DNA of 64,000 nt from an uncultured Nitrospinota bacterium (GCA_963707985.1 CAVPRW010000039.1:1-64000); one strand, 5' to 3'; shown: positions 50,578-62,094, counted from the stretch's first letter. Translations and numbers: made by a program. The notes: generated by a model from the letters alone, not told the origin.

Positions 50578-51450
50578 ATGCCGGAGCCTATACGAGATCA
50601 CTGGGCACAGTGGGTACTACATCGGCGCCACGGTGGTGATGCCGAGCAACAGCAAAGGAATCTAGAGTATTTGCTGCCTGTGCGTGATCACATCCTCCAA
50701 AACGCCAGGATCGCTGCGGATGACGTCGTGCTCGATGTGGGCAGTGGCGATGGACTCATTGCCTTCGGTGCTCTGGACCAGGTTGGGGAGCAGGGCCGGG
50801 TGATCTTGAGCGATATTTCCCAGGATTGCATGGCGTACTGTCAAGACCTCGTGCAACAGCTGGGAGTGGCGCAGCGGTGCCAGCTTCTATGCGCCTCAGC
50901 AGACGATCTCACGGCCTTGACGGCAGCCTCGGTGGATGTGATCACGACCCGATCGGTGCTGATTTTCGTGGCGGCCAAGGAGCGCGCCTTCCAGGAGTTC
51001 TACCGGGTCCTCAAGCCCAACGGCCGCCTATCGATTTTGGAGCCGATCAACCGCTACTTCGGCATTCCGGGACCGCCGGGGTATGATATTGCCCCGATTC
51101 AGGACATTTGGCACAAAATATCGGCGGTGTATGAGCGCCTGCAGCCGTCGGACGCCAATCCGATGGTGGACTTTGATGAACGCGACCTGCTGATGATGGC
51201 GGAGCGTGCGGGGTTTCGGGAAACCCACTTGGAGTTGCAGGTCAGGATCATGCCCATGCCACCGCTGCATTGGGACGTTTGGGTGCGCAGCTCTCCCCAT
51301 CCGTTGTTGCCGACGCTCGAAGAAGCGATGCATGAGGCGTTGACACCGGAGGAGATGGCACGCTGTGTCACGCATCTCCAACCGCTAATGGAGAGCGGAC
51401 ACGGGACCTGGCGCGACGCCGTCGCGTATCTCTGGGCAGTTAAACGCTAG
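50578..51450 (+). CDS. class I SAM-dependent methyltransferase
   Basis: VLDVGSGDG, SDIS, EFYRVLKPNGR. Confidence 0.9.
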   Translation: MPEPIRDHWAQWVLHRRHGGDAEQQQRNLEYLLPVRDHILQNARIAADDVVLDVGSGDGLIAFGALDQVGEQGRVILSDISQDCMAYCQDLVQQLGVAQRCQLLCASADDLTALTAASVDVITTRSVLIFVAAKERAFQEFYRVLKPNGRLSILEPINRYFGIPGPPGYDIAPIQDIWHKISAVYERLQPSDANPMVDFDERDLLMMAERAGFRETHLELQVRIMPMPPLHWDVWVRSSPHPLLPTLEEAMHEALTPEEMARCVTHLQPLMESGHGTWRDAVAYLWAVKR

Positions 51451-51501
51451 TTCTCGTATGCTCGGAACAGCCTGCCATCCTTCCACGGCAGGCTGGCGTG
51501 A

Positions 51502-52245
51502 TCAGGCGGAGAAGCCGCCGTCGATGGTCAAGCTGGCGCCGGTGACGAAGCCGGCTTCGGGACTGGCAAGGTAGGCGACCAGGCCGGCAATCTCGTGGCC
51601 CTGGCCGTAACGCGCCAGCGCCATCAAGCCTTTCAGATGCTCGGCAAATGACCCATCCGCTGGGTTCATGTCGGTATCGATCGGGCCGGGCTGGACGACG
51701 TTGACGGTGATGCCGCGCGGCCCCAGATCGCGGGCAAGCCCACGGGTGAGGCCGGCAACGGCCGCCTTGGTCATGGCGTAGACGCTGCCCCCCGCGAAGG
51801 GCATGCGGTCGGCATTGACGCTACCGATCGTGATGATGCGGCCGCCCTCGCCCATGTGGCGCGCCGCCTCCTGCGCGGCGACGAATACACCGCGGACATT
51901 CACCGCCACCATGCGGTCGAAGTCGTCAATGGAGAACTGGTCCAGTGGCATCACCACCGCGATCCCCGCATTATTGACCAGTACGTCGAGGCGGCCGAGC
52001 GTTCGCACCGTCTCGCCGACAACGCCTTTCACCGCTTCGACGTCGGCGCTGTCGGCCCGCATGGCCAGGGCCTGACCACCCGCCGCCGCGATGCTGCGCA
52101 CCACCTCGTCGGCCTTCTGCTGGGCGTTAGCATAAGTGATGGCGACGGCAGCACCGTCGCGCGCGAGCCGCTGCGCAATCGCCGCTCCAATACCCCGTGA
52201 GCCTCCGGTGACCAATGCCACTTTACCTGCCAGGTGCTTCGTCAT
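51502..52245 (-). CDS. short-chain dehydrogenase/reductase (BdcA/FabG-like)
   Basis: TGGSRGIG, NNAG, YAMTK, QPGPIDT. Confidence 0.95.
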   Translation of the reverse strand: MTKHLAGKVALVTGGSRGIGAAIAQRLARDGAAVAITYANAQQKADEVVRSIAAAGGQALAMRADSADVEAVKGVVGETVRTLGRLDVLVNNAGIAVVMPLDQFSIDDFDRMVAVNVRGVFVAAQEAARHMGEGGRIITIGSVNADRMPFAGGSVYAMTKAAVAGLTRGLARDLGPRGITVNVVQPGPIDTDMNPADGSFAEHLKGLMALARYGQGHEIAGLVAYLASPEAGFVTGASLTIDGGFSA

Positions 52246-52827
52246 GATATGGCTCCTTACCTGTATGTTGTATGTTCCACGTCGTGCATATGTCCCTAGC
52301 TATCCTACACATCGCCACGCTATTTCGCCAAGATCAGTCTCGGTCATGTGGAACGAATGCCACGTGGGGATGGCTCGTCAGCACGTGGCTGATGGGGCCG
52401 CTAGAGTAGAACGAGAGAGAGGAAGACATATGCTATGGAAACGAATGAACACAGCACTGACAGGTATAGGGCTGGGGGCTTCGGACAACATCAGGGATGG
52501 AGTGCGACGCCGAGCTGTAGCACCCACCTCACTCATGTCAGGCGTCGACATGACACATCTCCTGTGCGGATAGATCGAACGCGCTCAAACGTCAGCCGCT
52601 TTGGGTGATCAAACATGGTGTCGGGAATCGGGCAGATTGAGCCCTTGAAAATCGGAGCATTTTGCGAGTATATAGGGGCGGTCACGAAGCTTCGATGCAT
52701 CAAGGAGACGCCCACGATGAGACGTAAAGCCTCCGATCGATCGCTTGTTTCACCCACGCCAAGCAATCACTCCTCTGGTGAAATGGGAGAACCTCTCGTG
52801 ACCACCTCCGTTGCTACTCAAAGGCGA

Positions 52828-52870
52828 TAGAACGGTGGTGCTTATGACTAAGGTTAACGGTGGAGCTACC
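52828..52870 (+). mobile_element. isolated right-end relic of the IS type found at 16056-17277
   Basis: GAACGGTGGTGC...GGTTAACGGTGGAGCTACC aligns with GAGCGGTGGTGC...GGTTAGCTGTGGAGCTACC. Confidence 0.6.
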
Positions 52871-52897
52871 CCATCAGCAAACCTTCAGGAGAAATCC

Positions 52898-53881
52898 ATG
52901 ATGAGACAAATGTGTTGGGTTCCTCTTTGCGCACTTCTGCTCGCTCTTGGCGTTCCTGTCGATGCGCAGCAGCCGAAGAAAATCTCGCGAGTGGGGTATC
53001 TCGCGGCTGTTTCAGCTGCCGCAGACGCGCCTCGCCTGGAGGCATTTCGGCAAGGTCTGCGAGATCTCGGCTACATTGAGGGACAGAACCTTATCATTGA
53101 GTACCGTCATGAGGGCAGCGGTTTCGAGCGGCTTCCCGAGCTTGCGGCCGAGCTGGTTGGGCAAAAGCCCGACGTCCTTGTTGCCGTGACCACGAACGCG
53201 GCTCAAGCCGCAAAACAAGCGACTACGACGATCCCCCTCGTGTTCATGGGCGTGACGGACCCGGTGACGGCTGGACTGGTGGAAAGCCTGGCTCGGCCTG
53301 GGGGAAACACCACGGGGATTACTAACATGGCGGCGATTTTGACCGGCAAACGACTGGAGTTACTCAAAGAAACCATTCCCCAAGTGTCCCGCGTGGCGGT
53401 CCTGTGGGATCCACAATCTCCTGGCTCCGTGCCACAGTGGCAAGACAGTCAACTGCCGGCGCGGGAACTCGGTCTGCAACTGTATTCGATGGAGGTTAGT
53501 AGTGTCGATAAATATGAGGTAGCTTTCAAAGCAGCGGTTGAAGCGCGTAACACCGCTCTCTGGGTGACACTGAACCCTCTGGCCAATTCAAACCAAACAA
53601 AGATTGCAGACCTGGCCATCAATAATGGCTTGCCATCGATCTGCGCCCGCTCGGACTATTCAGAAAACGGTTGTATGATGGCCTACGGACCCGGCTACGG
53701 AATCGAGGGGAGGGACGGCGCCCGATATGTTGACAAAATCTTGAGAGGGACAAAGCCGGCCGACATTCCTGTGGAGCAACCGATGAAGTTTGAATTGGTC
53801 ATCAATCTGCAAACCGCGACAAAGCTTGGCCTGACCATTCCGCAGTCGGTGCTATTCCAGGCGGACAAAATCATTAAGTGA
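52898..53881 (+). CDS. ABC transporter substrate-binding protein (ABC_sub_bind type)
   Basis: AFRQGLRDLGYIEGQN, SLARPGGNTTG, VDKILRGTKPADIPVEQP. Confidence 0.93.
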   Translation: MMRQMCWVPLCALLLALGVPVDAQQPKKISRVGYLAAVSAAADAPRLEAFRQGLRDLGYIEGQNLIIEYRHEGSGFERLPELAAELVGQKPDVLVAVTTNAAQAAKQATTTIPLVFMGVTDPVTAGLVESLARPGGNTTGITNMAAILTGKRLELLKETIPQVSRVAVLWDPQSPGSVPQWQDSQLPARELGLQLYSMEVSSVDKYEVAFKAAVEARNTALWVTLNPLANSNQTKIADLAINNGLPSICARSDYSENGCMMAYGPGYGIEGRDGARYVDKILRGTKPADIPVEQPMKFELVINLQTATKLGLTIPQSVLFQADKIIK

Positions 53882-54116
53882 GAGCGATCAGAGGAATCCG
53901 GCGCTGGCGGATGTCTCAGCCGAGTACGAGCAGGCGATGAGGTCGTTCCCGGTTCGGTGACACAGCGTCTTATTGCGTCTGATCACAGCGTCCCTGCATT
54001 TGTTGAGAGTGCCCGCGTATGATGATTCACAAAGGGCGTATTTGTCTAGCGTACAAAGTTTCTCCGATTGTTCGGGGAAGCCAAATTTTTCGGCGAATAC
54101 GCCTACAGCCCCCTGT

Positions 54117-55256
54117 TCATCCATCTTTAAGCTCCCGTATAGTGAAGGCTGGCACTGGCTTGACGAAGCCCTTGAGCGCCAGATCCCCAACGGGTTCAGC
54201 GCTAACGAGGGCTTCCACGGTGGCCCAGACCCGTTGGCTGATGAGGATTTGGCCGCCCTCGGCCTCCCCGCAGAGGCGGGCGGCGAGATTGGTCACGGTG
54301 CCGATGGCGGCGTACTCGAAACGCCCCTCAAAGCCGATCTTCCCTAGCGTGGCATAGCCTTGCGCAATCCCTACCCCAAAGTCGAGTTGATGACCGCGCG
54401 TGCGCCACGTTTCGGTCAATTTGCTGACCCGGTGCCGCATAGCGACTGCCATCCGCACGGCGCGCGCCGCGGGATCGGGGCAGGGGACGGGGTCATTAAA
54501 AAACACCATCAAACCGTCGCCAGCGAAGTGTTCCAAGGTTCCCTCAAAGCGAAAAATCAATTCCCCAAGTGACGTATGGTATTCCCGGAGAACCCCCATT
54601 ACCTCCTCGGGTTCGGTGGTCTCGGCGAAGGCGGTGAACCCTCGCAGATCACAGAAGACGACGGTCACCTCGCGCCGATGGCTCTCCAACAGGCGATCCT
54701 CACCCGCGGAGACGATGAGGTCGGCGACCTGTGGCGAAAAGAATCGCTTCAAGCGCCCGATACGCTCTAGCTCGGCTAATTGATCGCTAACTCGCTGTTC
54801 CAACGTGCGGTTCCACTCCGCCAATTGTAAGGATTGGGTCTCAAGCCGCGTGGCCTGTTCCTGCACGGTGTCATGGAGCGCTTTGATGCGCAGCATCGAT
54901 TGCACCCGAGCCACAAGGGCCGCCTGGTCGACCGGCTTGGTCAGGTACTCATCGGCCCCTGCCTCGAGACCAGCGACGATGTCTTTGCTATCCGCCTTGG
55001 CGGTGACCATGATGATCGGCATAAAGGGGAGCATCCCATCCGCTTTGAGCAGACGGCAGACCTCCATACCGTCCATCTTCGGCATCATGATGTCGAGCAG
55101 GATTAGGTCCGGCAGCTGCGCGCGCGCGGTGGCCAGTGCCTCCTCGCCATCCGTGGCTGTGAGGATTTCATAGCCATGCACTGCCAGCCGCGATTGGAGA
55201 ATGTCCACATTCATGGGTTGATCGTCCGTGATGAGGATCCGAGGTGGTGTTCTCAT
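54117..55256 (-). CDS. response regulator with adenylate/guanylate cyclase output domain
   Basis: Receiver (ITDD, LLDIMMP, LTKP) plus VVFCDLRGFT, GDG, TNLAARL. Confidence 0.93.
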   Translation of the reverse strand: MRTPPRILITDDQPMNVDILQSRLAVHGYEILTATDGEEALATARAQLPDLILLDIMMPKMDGMEVCRLLKADGMLPFMPIIMVTAKADSKDIVAGLEAGADEYLTKPVDQAALVARVQSMLRIKALHDTVQEQATRLETQSLQLAEWNRTLEQRVSDQLAELERIGRLKRFFSPQVADLIVSAGEDRLLESHRREVTVVFCDLRGFTAFAETTEPEEVMGVLREYHTSLGELIFRFEGTLEHFAGDGLMVFFNDPVPCPDPAARAVRMAVAMRHRVSKLTETWRTRGHQLDFGVGIAQGYATLGKIGFEGRFEYAAIGTVTNLAARLCGEAEGGQILISQRVWATVEALVSAEPVGDLALKGFVKPVPAFTIRELKDG

Positions 55257-55287
55257 GGTCATCTCCTCCCGGCAGTCTCGTGATGGG

Positions 55288-55653
55288 CTACGGCAGAAAT
55301 TCACGGATCTTGGCTAACAATGCTCGGGGGCTGAAAGGCTTGGAAACGTACGCGTCGCAGCCGGCTTCAAAGGCTTTCACGTCGTCGCCGCTCAGGGCGT
55401 AGGATGTGACCGCGATGAGCGGGATCTGCCGCAGCGCTGCATTGGCTTTGATGCGCCGCGTCGCCTCATAGCCGTCTATCCCCGGAAGCTGGATGTCCAT
55501 CAAGATTAAATCGGGGGCCCGCGTTTCGGCCATCCTCACCCCCTCTTCCCCGGTGACGGCCTCGACGATCTCATAACCGACGCTGGTGAGGAGGTCGTGC
55601 ACAATGCGCCGATTATCCTCCTGGTCTTCTACCACCAGAATCCGCTTACTCAT
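55288..55653 (-). CDS. single-domain response regulator (DivK-like)
   Basis: [25 protein letters not shown]. Confidence 0.93.
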   Translation of the reverse strand: MSKRILVVEDQEDNRRIVHDLLTSVGYEIVEAVTGEEGVRMAETRAPDLILMDIQLPGIDGYEATRRIKANAALRQIPLIAVTSYALSGDDVKAFEAGCDAYVSKPFSPRALLAKIREFLP

Positions 55654-58630
55654 GAGATCCCCTTTGGCGGTCAATCCGCACTGGTAACGTAAACCAGAAC
55701 GTCGAGCCTGTCCTCAGACTCGACTCCACCCAGATGCGCCCGCCGTGCATCTCGATGATGCGCTTGGCAATGGACAGCCCGAGGCCGGTTCCACCCTTTT
55801 GTTTCGTGCTCGAGCTGTCGGCCTGTTGGAACTCTTCGAAAATCTTTCCTTGGTCCGCTTCGGAGATCCCGGCGCCGGTGTCCGATACGCCCACGAGGAA
55901 AGCGCCGTCCGCTGTGATGACGCGCAGCTTCACCTCACCAGCCTCGGTGAACTTGATGGCATTCCCCAGCAAGTTTAGCAGCACTTGAACGATGCGCCGC
56001 TCATCCCCCTTGGCGATGGGCAGGTCTGGACCCAACTCAACGCTTAATTTGAGATGTTTCTCAGCCGCGAGTGACTCCACGGAAGTCATGGCCGTGTATA
56101 CCACCTCCTTCATGGAATAATCATTGAGGGAGAGGGTTAGCTGACCAGCTTCGATCTTGGACAAATCCAGGACAGCGTTGATCAAGCTCAGGAGGTGCTG
56201 ACCGCTCCTCCGCACACGTTCCAGCACCTCGCGAATCTTGTCGGGCACCTCGCCGTAGATATCGTCTATGATCAGCTCGGTATAGCCCAGGATAGCATTC
56301 AGCGGCGTGCGCAGTTCGTGGCTCATATTGGCGAGGAACTGCGACTTATGCTTGCTGGCGATCTCCAGCTGATGGCCTTTTTCCTCGATTTCCCGGAAGA
56401 GCCGTGCGTTCTGGATCGCCAGCACGGACTGCGTGGCGAAGGTCTGGAGGAGGTTCATGACGTCTGTCGAAAAACTGCCGGATTGCAGGCGCCAAACCAC
56501 CAAGCCTCCCACGATCCGCTGCTCGATCAGGAGTGGCACAGCCAGCAGCGATCGATAGCCGGAATGCGCTAAAATGGGGCGAACTTTTGCGAAGACAAGC
56601 GCCCGTTCATCCAGAATGTCAGGCACCTGAATCGGCGCTCGGGTCGCCGCAGCCCGCCCAAGCGCGCCCTCACCAAGACGGATACGGGCTCCGAACCGAA
56701 GTGCCTCGAATAACTCGCTGTCCATGCCGTGAGAGGCCCTGAAATCAAACTCCTGTGTGCTCTCGTCGTATTCGTAAATGACCCCGCCGTTGGTGCCGGA
56801 GAGCTGCACGGCGCGGTCGACGATGGTGGTAAGGACCGTTTGCAGGTCCAGGCTCGAGCTGACGGCTTGGCTGACTTCCCCAAGGGCTCTCAACTCTTCT
56901 ACCGAGCGCGCCAGCTCGCGTGTGCGGGTTTGCAACTCCTGAAACAGGCGGACGTTCTCTATGGCGATGACCGCCTGATCGGCGAACGTCGTGACCAGCT
57001 CGATCTGCTTGTCGGTGAAGGGCTGGACTACGGTGCTCCGGATCACGATTACCCCAATAAGGGCGCCCTCTCTGAGCATGGGAACTCCCAGGATCGTTCG
57101 GCCTTCCCCCCACGTTTGGACTTCCAAGTCCTTCAATGCGTATTCAGGGTCAGCCAGGATGTCTGGGATGTGAATCACCCGGTGCTCAAGGGCCACCCGC
57201 CCGACGACAGTGCCTCGCCCCGGGCCGATTGGGGTTCGCTCAGAGAAATCCTTCAAGTCGGTGGGGACGTTGTAGGCGACCGCCAACCGGAACAGCTCAC
57301 CGTCCAGCCGGAAGATGAATCCCTTGTCGGCACCGCACAGTCTCGTGGCATTCTCAATGAGCGATTCCAAAACGGGCTGCAGATCGAACGTTGAGCGACT
57401 GATGACCTTAAGGACTTCGCTGGTGGCCGTCTGCCGCTCAAGAGCCTCGCTTAGCTCATGCGTGCGCTCGTCGACCTTCTGCTCCAGGTTAGCGTACGAT
57501 TCCTGAAGCTGAGCCGTCATGCGATTGAACTCCTCGGCCAGAGCTTGCAACTCGTCTCCCGTTTTGATCTCCAGACGATGATCGAGATCGCCAGCGCCAA
57601 TGCGGGCTGCACCCTGGCGCAGCATCTCCACGGGATGTACTACCCGTCGCCCGATGAGCAGGCTTGCCACGATGGCCATACCAAGGCCGAGCAGGAAGAG
57701 AATGGAAGTTCTGAGGATGGAGGCATACAAGGGAGAGTATGCCTCAGCCGCTGGTCGCTCCACCAACACCGCCCACCCCAGGTCGGAGATGGGAGCAGAG
57801 GCCGAGAACACCTTCTGACCAGACAGATTGGGCTGTGCCATCGACGGGCCAGACCCACCGGCCAAGGCAGCCTGCACCTGAGGCAGATCTTTGACGCGTC
57901 GCTTTTGCAGGACCAAGCTGATGTCGGGATGAGCGATCAGATCGCCGCCACCGGACACCACATAGGTATACCCGGCCTTTCCTACCGTAATGCGTGCTAC
58001 GACCCCCCAGATGTATTTCAGATTGACCTCGGCGATCAGGACCCCGAGCACATCGCCAGCAAAGCGCTCGATGGGGACGGCAATGGTCATATAGGGCTCA
58101 GACTCTCTGACGAAATACACCTGCCCGAAATACGTTCGACCGCCGTGCGCCCCCATAAACGCCTCAACCATTGAACGATCGTGCAAATCTTCCGGCAACA
58201 ACATCCGTACGCGTGAGACTTTGAGTCGCTCGTGGCCGTCGGCATCCAGCGCTACCGCCTCGGTGATCGCTGGGGCCACTTTCAACAGCTTGATGAGCTC
58301 AAACCGGTAGGCCTCGGTCAGGCCAGCGGCGATGATCTCTTGCGCCTGAGTCGACGCCCGCAATGTCTTCTCGATATCCGCCACGAACTGCTGAATCTTG
58401 AAGGCTGCTCCCTGAGCCATCTCTCGCTGCAGCGCTCCAATGGCTTCAACGCTCTCACGGTAGCGGAAGAACAGCTCCACTACACTGCTGGTGAGCAGGC
58501 CTCCGCTGACCAGAATAAAGGCGATGACGAACGTCCGCCGCAGCAGGCGGCCACCGCCCTTGCTTCCAGGAACAACTAGACCTGCCTGCTTAGAGGCAGG
58601 CTCAGCAGAGATGGGTACATCGCCCATCAT
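55646..58630 (-). CDS. sensor histidine kinase with Cache, HAMP and two GAF domains
   Basis: Two TM segments, HAMP ([14 protein letters not shown]), [32 protein letters not shown]. Confidence 0.95.
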   Translation of the reverse strand: MMGDVPISAEPASKQAGLVVPGSKGGGRLLRRTFVIAFILVSGGLLTSSVVELFFRYRESVEAIGALQREMAQGAAFKIQQFVADIEKTLRASTQAQEIIAAGLTEAYRFELIKLLKVAPAITEAVALDADGHERLKVSRVRMLLPEDLHDRSMVEAFMGAHGGRTYFGQVYFVRESEPYMTIAVPIERFAGDVLGVLIAEVNLKYIWGVVARITVGKAGYTYVVSGGGDLIAHPDISLVLQKRRVKDLPQVQAALAGGSGPSMAQPNLSGQKVFSASAPISDLGWAVLVERPAAEAYSPLYASILRTSILFLLGLGMAIVASLLIGRRVVHPVEMLRQGAARIGAGDLDHRLEIKTGDELQALAEEFNRMTAQLQESYANLEQKVDERTHELSEALERQTATSEVLKVISRSTFDLQPVLESLIENATRLCGADKGFIFRLDGELFRLAVAYNVPTDLKDFSERTPIGPGRGTVVGRVALEHRVIHIPDILADPEYALKDLEVQTWGEGRTILGVPMLREGALIGVIVIRSTVVQPFTDKQIELVTTFADQAVIAIENVRLFQELQTRTRELARSVEELRALGEVSQAVSSSLDLQTVLTTIVDRAVQLSGTNGGVIYEYDESTQEFDFRASHGMDSELFEALRFGARIRLGEGALGRAAATRAPIQVPDILDERALVFAKVRPILAHSGYRSLLAVPLLIEQRIVGGLVVWRLQSGSFSTDVMNLLQTFATQSVLAIQNARLFREIEEKGHQLEIASKHKSQFLANMSHELRTPLNAILGYTELIIDDIYGEVPDKIREVLERVRRSGQHLLSLINAVLDLSKIEAGQLTLSLNDYSMKEVVYTAMTSVESLAAEKHLKLSVELGPDLPIAKGDERRIVQVLLNLLGNAIKFTEAGEVKLRVITADGAFLVGVSDTGAGISEADQGKIFEEFQQADSSSTKQKGGTGLGLSIAKRIIEMHGGRIWVESSLRTGSTFWFTLPVRIDRQRGSHE

Positions 58631-58656
58631 GCTTCCTCAGGTCCAACAGGACACAG

Positions 58657-59142
58657 GGTTGTGTTGCGAAAACTCCCAGGAGTGTGAGGAGCAGCTGCTG
58701 AGCGCTCGTGATGCGGCCACCCCAAACAGCTGGTTGATGACGCGGTTGTGGGCGAGGACCTCACGCTTGCTGACTCCTTCAAGTTGGCCTTTGTGGAGCC
58801 GATGCATGGCTTCATATGAGGTACGTTTCAGCCATGCGGTACGAATCGTTAGTCGCCCGTCGATGCGGCCGACACCGCTTATCCAGCTCCGGCGCATCGC
58901 GTTGGACCCAGCGAACCACCGTGGGATGATCCACCGACAGCCCCTATGCTCGCGCGAGTTCTTCCACATCCCGGTCACTCAAGGCCTAGCGCTGGTATCT
59001 GCAGACGCCGAGCAGAATAATTTCACCTTCAAAATGCCCCCATTGGACGGGAGATACGGTGTCCATAGGATATCTCCAGTGAGCCGAGCTCCGATCATAC
59101 AGATGCTTGTATCAGATCACTGGCTATTTTTGCAACACTACC
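58657..59142 (-). mobile_element. internally deleted IS6-family element retaining both TIRs
   Basis: GGTTGTGTTGCGAAAA and TTTTTGCAACACTACC; transposase relics (N-terminal region; YEAMHRLHKGQL...INQLFGVAA C-terminus). Confidence 0.8.
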
Positions 59143-59518
59143 GTCGAAACAACCCTTGACGGTGGTTTTCTTGGTACGAGAAACTCGGTCTCTTGCACCA
59201 GCAGCCGTGACAGTCTGCTGATACCCATCGAACAGTTTCGTCAGCGTCCGGTGGGTGGAACCCGTCGCAACGCCTGGTAGTATCCCAGATTTGTTGACAT
59301 GGGTTTTAGATCGGCGTGCGAATTCATCGCGATTCATGAAGCGATCACGGGCGAGATCATGTCTCATCATAGATTGCGCAACACCGAAGGACTAACATGT
59401 ACGCTCTCGCTAAATATGTCGATGCTTGGAATAGTCGGAACCCGATTCTTGAAACAGGAACGTTTCACCCTGGAACATTATCACCCAACGTGTGTTGGCT
59501 TCCTAAGGTGACTGCAAG

Positions 59519-59938
59519 ATGTGGATCGTCACAATCGCGCTCAGCCGTCCTTACACCTTTATCGTTCTGGCTCCGCTCATTCTCATCCTAAGTCCGGTGA
59601 TCATTTCACGGACCCCGACGGACATCTTCCCGAACATCAATATTCCGGTGATCGCCGTCGCCTGGCAGTTTACCGGCCTGAACCCGGAGGATATGGAAGG
59701 CCGGCTGGCAACAGGCTTCGAACGAATCCTCACGACCACGGTCGACAACATCGAACACATAGAATCAACCACCGTCAACGGTCAAGCGATCGTCAAGATT
59801 TTTCTACAGACGAATGCGAGCCTCGACACGGCCAACGCGCAGGTGACGGCTATAGCCCAGACCAGTCTGCGACAGCTGCCGCCCAGCACGTTTCCCCCCG
59901 TTAATCATCAACTACAGCGCCTCGAGCGTGCCGATTAA
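59519..59938 (+). pseudogene. N-terminal fragment of an RND efflux permease
   Basis: MWIVTIALSRPYTFIV...PTDIFPNINIPV...NIEHIES; ends after about 130 aa next to the IS relic. Confidence 0.88.
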
Positions 59939-59980
59939 CTGTCAGAAGACTTCATCCTGATGTGTGCCGAACCTATAGGC

Positions 59981-60532
59981 TCATACCACACCCGTTCCAT
60001 GATCCATGGCCTGCCAGAGCCATCGTTGTTCGGCTTTCTTCCCCACCAAACTCCACATTTCGTCGACTTCAGCTTCGTCCACTTGCTGGCTCTCAACGAT
60101 GATCGCACCTGGATCCCGGTGTTGAATTGCCGTGGACTTGACGTGCTGGAGCTGAGGCTCGTTTTGTGAACTCTTGCATGACGGTTGTGGGCCTGATGCG
60201 CAGGACACGTGCAATGTCGCGAATGCCACTGCCATTCAAGGTCATCTCGAGCATTGGCTGTTTGACTTCAGGCACGCGCCCATGGTGACTGTACTCGACC
60301 AGCAAGGTTTGGTATGAACAGCTGGGATTTGTGCAGCGGTACCGTGGTTTCCCGTGGGCCGTGATCCCATGGTTAATCACCGCGCTGGTCTGACAACAGG
60401 GACAATGAATCTGATGGCAGGCCACGGCGCTCTCCGTTACCTATCGTGATCGCGGTTTTCGCCGGATGACTGTGTCAGGACCTGCATCCTACCAGGATTG
60501 TTTTCGTAACACACCATAGTTGGAACACCACC
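59981..60532 (-). mobile_element. IS1-family relic (insA and start of insB)
   Basis: CPCC..RYRC..C, NGSGIRDIARVL; EVDEMWSLVGKK..QRWLW; end GGTGGTGTTCCAACT at 60532. Confidence 0.85.
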
Positions 60533-60920
60533 GACGATTGCGCCACAGCTAGCCCGTCTTCGCGCACATGTGGCAACCCGGCCCGATTGGCATGTGGCTG
60601 AGGAACACATCTACCGGGACGATGGTGAACGTGGGGCCAAGCTGAATCGTCCGTGCCTGGATCGGCTGCGGAATCGTGCCGCCTTGGCCGCCTTTGAACG
60701 GGTCCTGCTCACGGCCCCCGATCGGCTGGCCCGCAACGATGTCCACCACATGCTCCTCATCCAGGAACTCGCGCAGCGGGGCTGTGGGGTCGAGTTCCTG
60801 GACCGGCCCATGCGTCAGGATCCGCACGATCAGCTCCGGCTCCAGATCCGTGGTGCCGTGGCCGAGTCTGAACGCGCCCTCATCACGGACCGGATGCGAC
60901 CTGGCCGACAGGCACAGTGG
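60533..60920 (+). pseudogene. serine recombinase catalytic-domain fragment
   Basis: IYRDDG..GAKLNRP.LDRLR, APDRLAR, LQIRGAVAESER. Confidence 0.85.
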
Positions 60921-61135
60921 CCAACGGCTGCGCTGGTGCGTCTGTCGCTCGAACACCGTCCTGGGAGGATCGCTCCCCTCGCACCGCGCTGGGGCCGATC
61001 CAGCACCCTCCCAGTCAGGCCGCTTCCTCCCTCCCAGCCGCCTAGGCCATCCGCCGACATCCCCACGAAAACGCTTCTCAAGCGGCGCCAGCTGGATGAC
61101 CATTCCCGAGGACATGAGCGGGGGTGCCGTTCCAC

Positions 61136-61171
61136 AGCGTTGTTGTGGCGGCTACGCGCCACAACAACGCT
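61136..61171. repeat. perfect 15-bp hairpin
   Basis: AGCGTTGTTGTGGCG-GCTACG-CGCCACAACAACGCT, followed 5 nt later by GTTAGCC. Confidence 0.85.
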
Positions 61172-61267
61172 TACTCGTTAGCCGCCATTTTGATAGCCGA
61201 AATTGCAGAAATTATCTCGCGTTCTTGCGAGAGGTGGTTCGTTGTTGGAGGTTTGTAGGAGAACGGC

Positions 61268-61480
61268 ATGTATGCTGTTGAGTTTCAGGCGAAGGTCAAA
61301 GATGGAACCATTGAAATCCCTGAGGTGTATAGACATCGGTTCAAAGATCGCGTTCGGGTGATCCTCCTTGCTGAGGAAGAAAAGACCACGGTGGATCTCA
61401 TGGCCCAACTCCTGCAGCACCCCGTCAAAGTGGCCGGTTTCAGGCCGTTCGCCAGAGATGAGATGTATGAGTGTTCCTGA
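61268..61480 (+). CDS. small putative antitoxin (AbrB/DUF104-like)
   Basis: RBS AGGAG; MYAVEFQAKVKDGTIEIPE...VRVILL...RDEMYE; overlaps the start of a PIN gene. Confidence 0.7.
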   Translation: MYAVEFQAKVKDGTIEIPEVYRHRFKDRVRVILLAEEEKTTVDLMAQLLQHPVKVAGFRPFARDEMYECS

Positions 61481-61590
61481 CAAGGCGCCGGCACGCTGTT
61501 TTGTGGACACCACTATCTGGCTTTATGCTTTCGTCGAGGCGGGATGATCACCGGAAATCGGCTCGTGCAAAGTCGCTGCTGGACGGCACG
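61467..61590 (+). pseudogene. VapC/PIN toxin N-terminal relic
   Basis: CFVDTTIWLYAF then a +1 shift to DDHRKSARAKSLL; truncated. Confidence 0.65.
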
Positions 61591-61644
61591 GACCCACCTT
61601 CGCCCTAGCCTGCGTAAGTGCGTGAAATTGCAAGAGTGATTACA

Positions 61645-61866
61645 TGCCTACAGATGAGTAAGTGATTGAAATCATCAGAGCGATAGAGGAAGATCTTTCG
61701 AGATATTGCAGCAAAGAAACGGCTCACAGACTTCGCGGTCGCGAAGCAGATTACGGCTGGAAATGGCGGTGCCTATGCGGAGGCGTTCGTTCTGAAACCT
61801 GCACTCTGGGGGGTGGGAGTTGATCTCAAGGAGCTTCTCAAAGCATGGGAAGCAACACGCGTATAA
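61645..61866 (+). pseudogene. 3' end of a cassette-like gene ending in an attC R'' box
   Basis: ..IFRDIAAKKRLTDFAVAKQITAGNGGAYAEAFVLKPALWGVGVDLKELLKAWEATRV*, with the TAA inside GTATAAC. Confidence 0.5.
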
Positions 61867-61930
61867 CAAGCGGCTGCAGTGCGACCGCAGTTGCGGTGGC
61901 GCAGCCAGCGGCCTCGGGGCACCTGGCAGC
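61861..61930 (+). other. partial attC site (R''-L'' half)
   Basis: GTATAAC-AAGCG-GCTGCAG-TGCGACCG is a canonical attC start; the R' half is degraded after GGCACCTG. Confidence 0.55.
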
Positions 61931-61949
61931 GGATGGACACTTGCGCGGA

Positions 61950-62094
61950 GACGTAGCTCCCTTACGCCACATCCTGCATCAGTATCCCGCGCCGCGCCTG
62001 CGCGTCATGACCCAAGGGACAAACCCAGTGCGGTCATCCCGCATGCGGGGATCTGTTAGGCAGCGCCGAGCATCGATGGGCTCTCGCCGGCAAT
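61950..62094 (+). mobile_element. group II intron 3' relic (end of RT/maturase ORF, domains V-VI)
   Basis: Peptide HILHQYPAPRLRVMTQG, then AAACCCAGTGCGGTCATCCCGCATGCGGGGATCTGT matching domain V (GAGCCCAGTGCGGT..CCGCACGCTGGGATCTGT). Confidence 0.7.
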
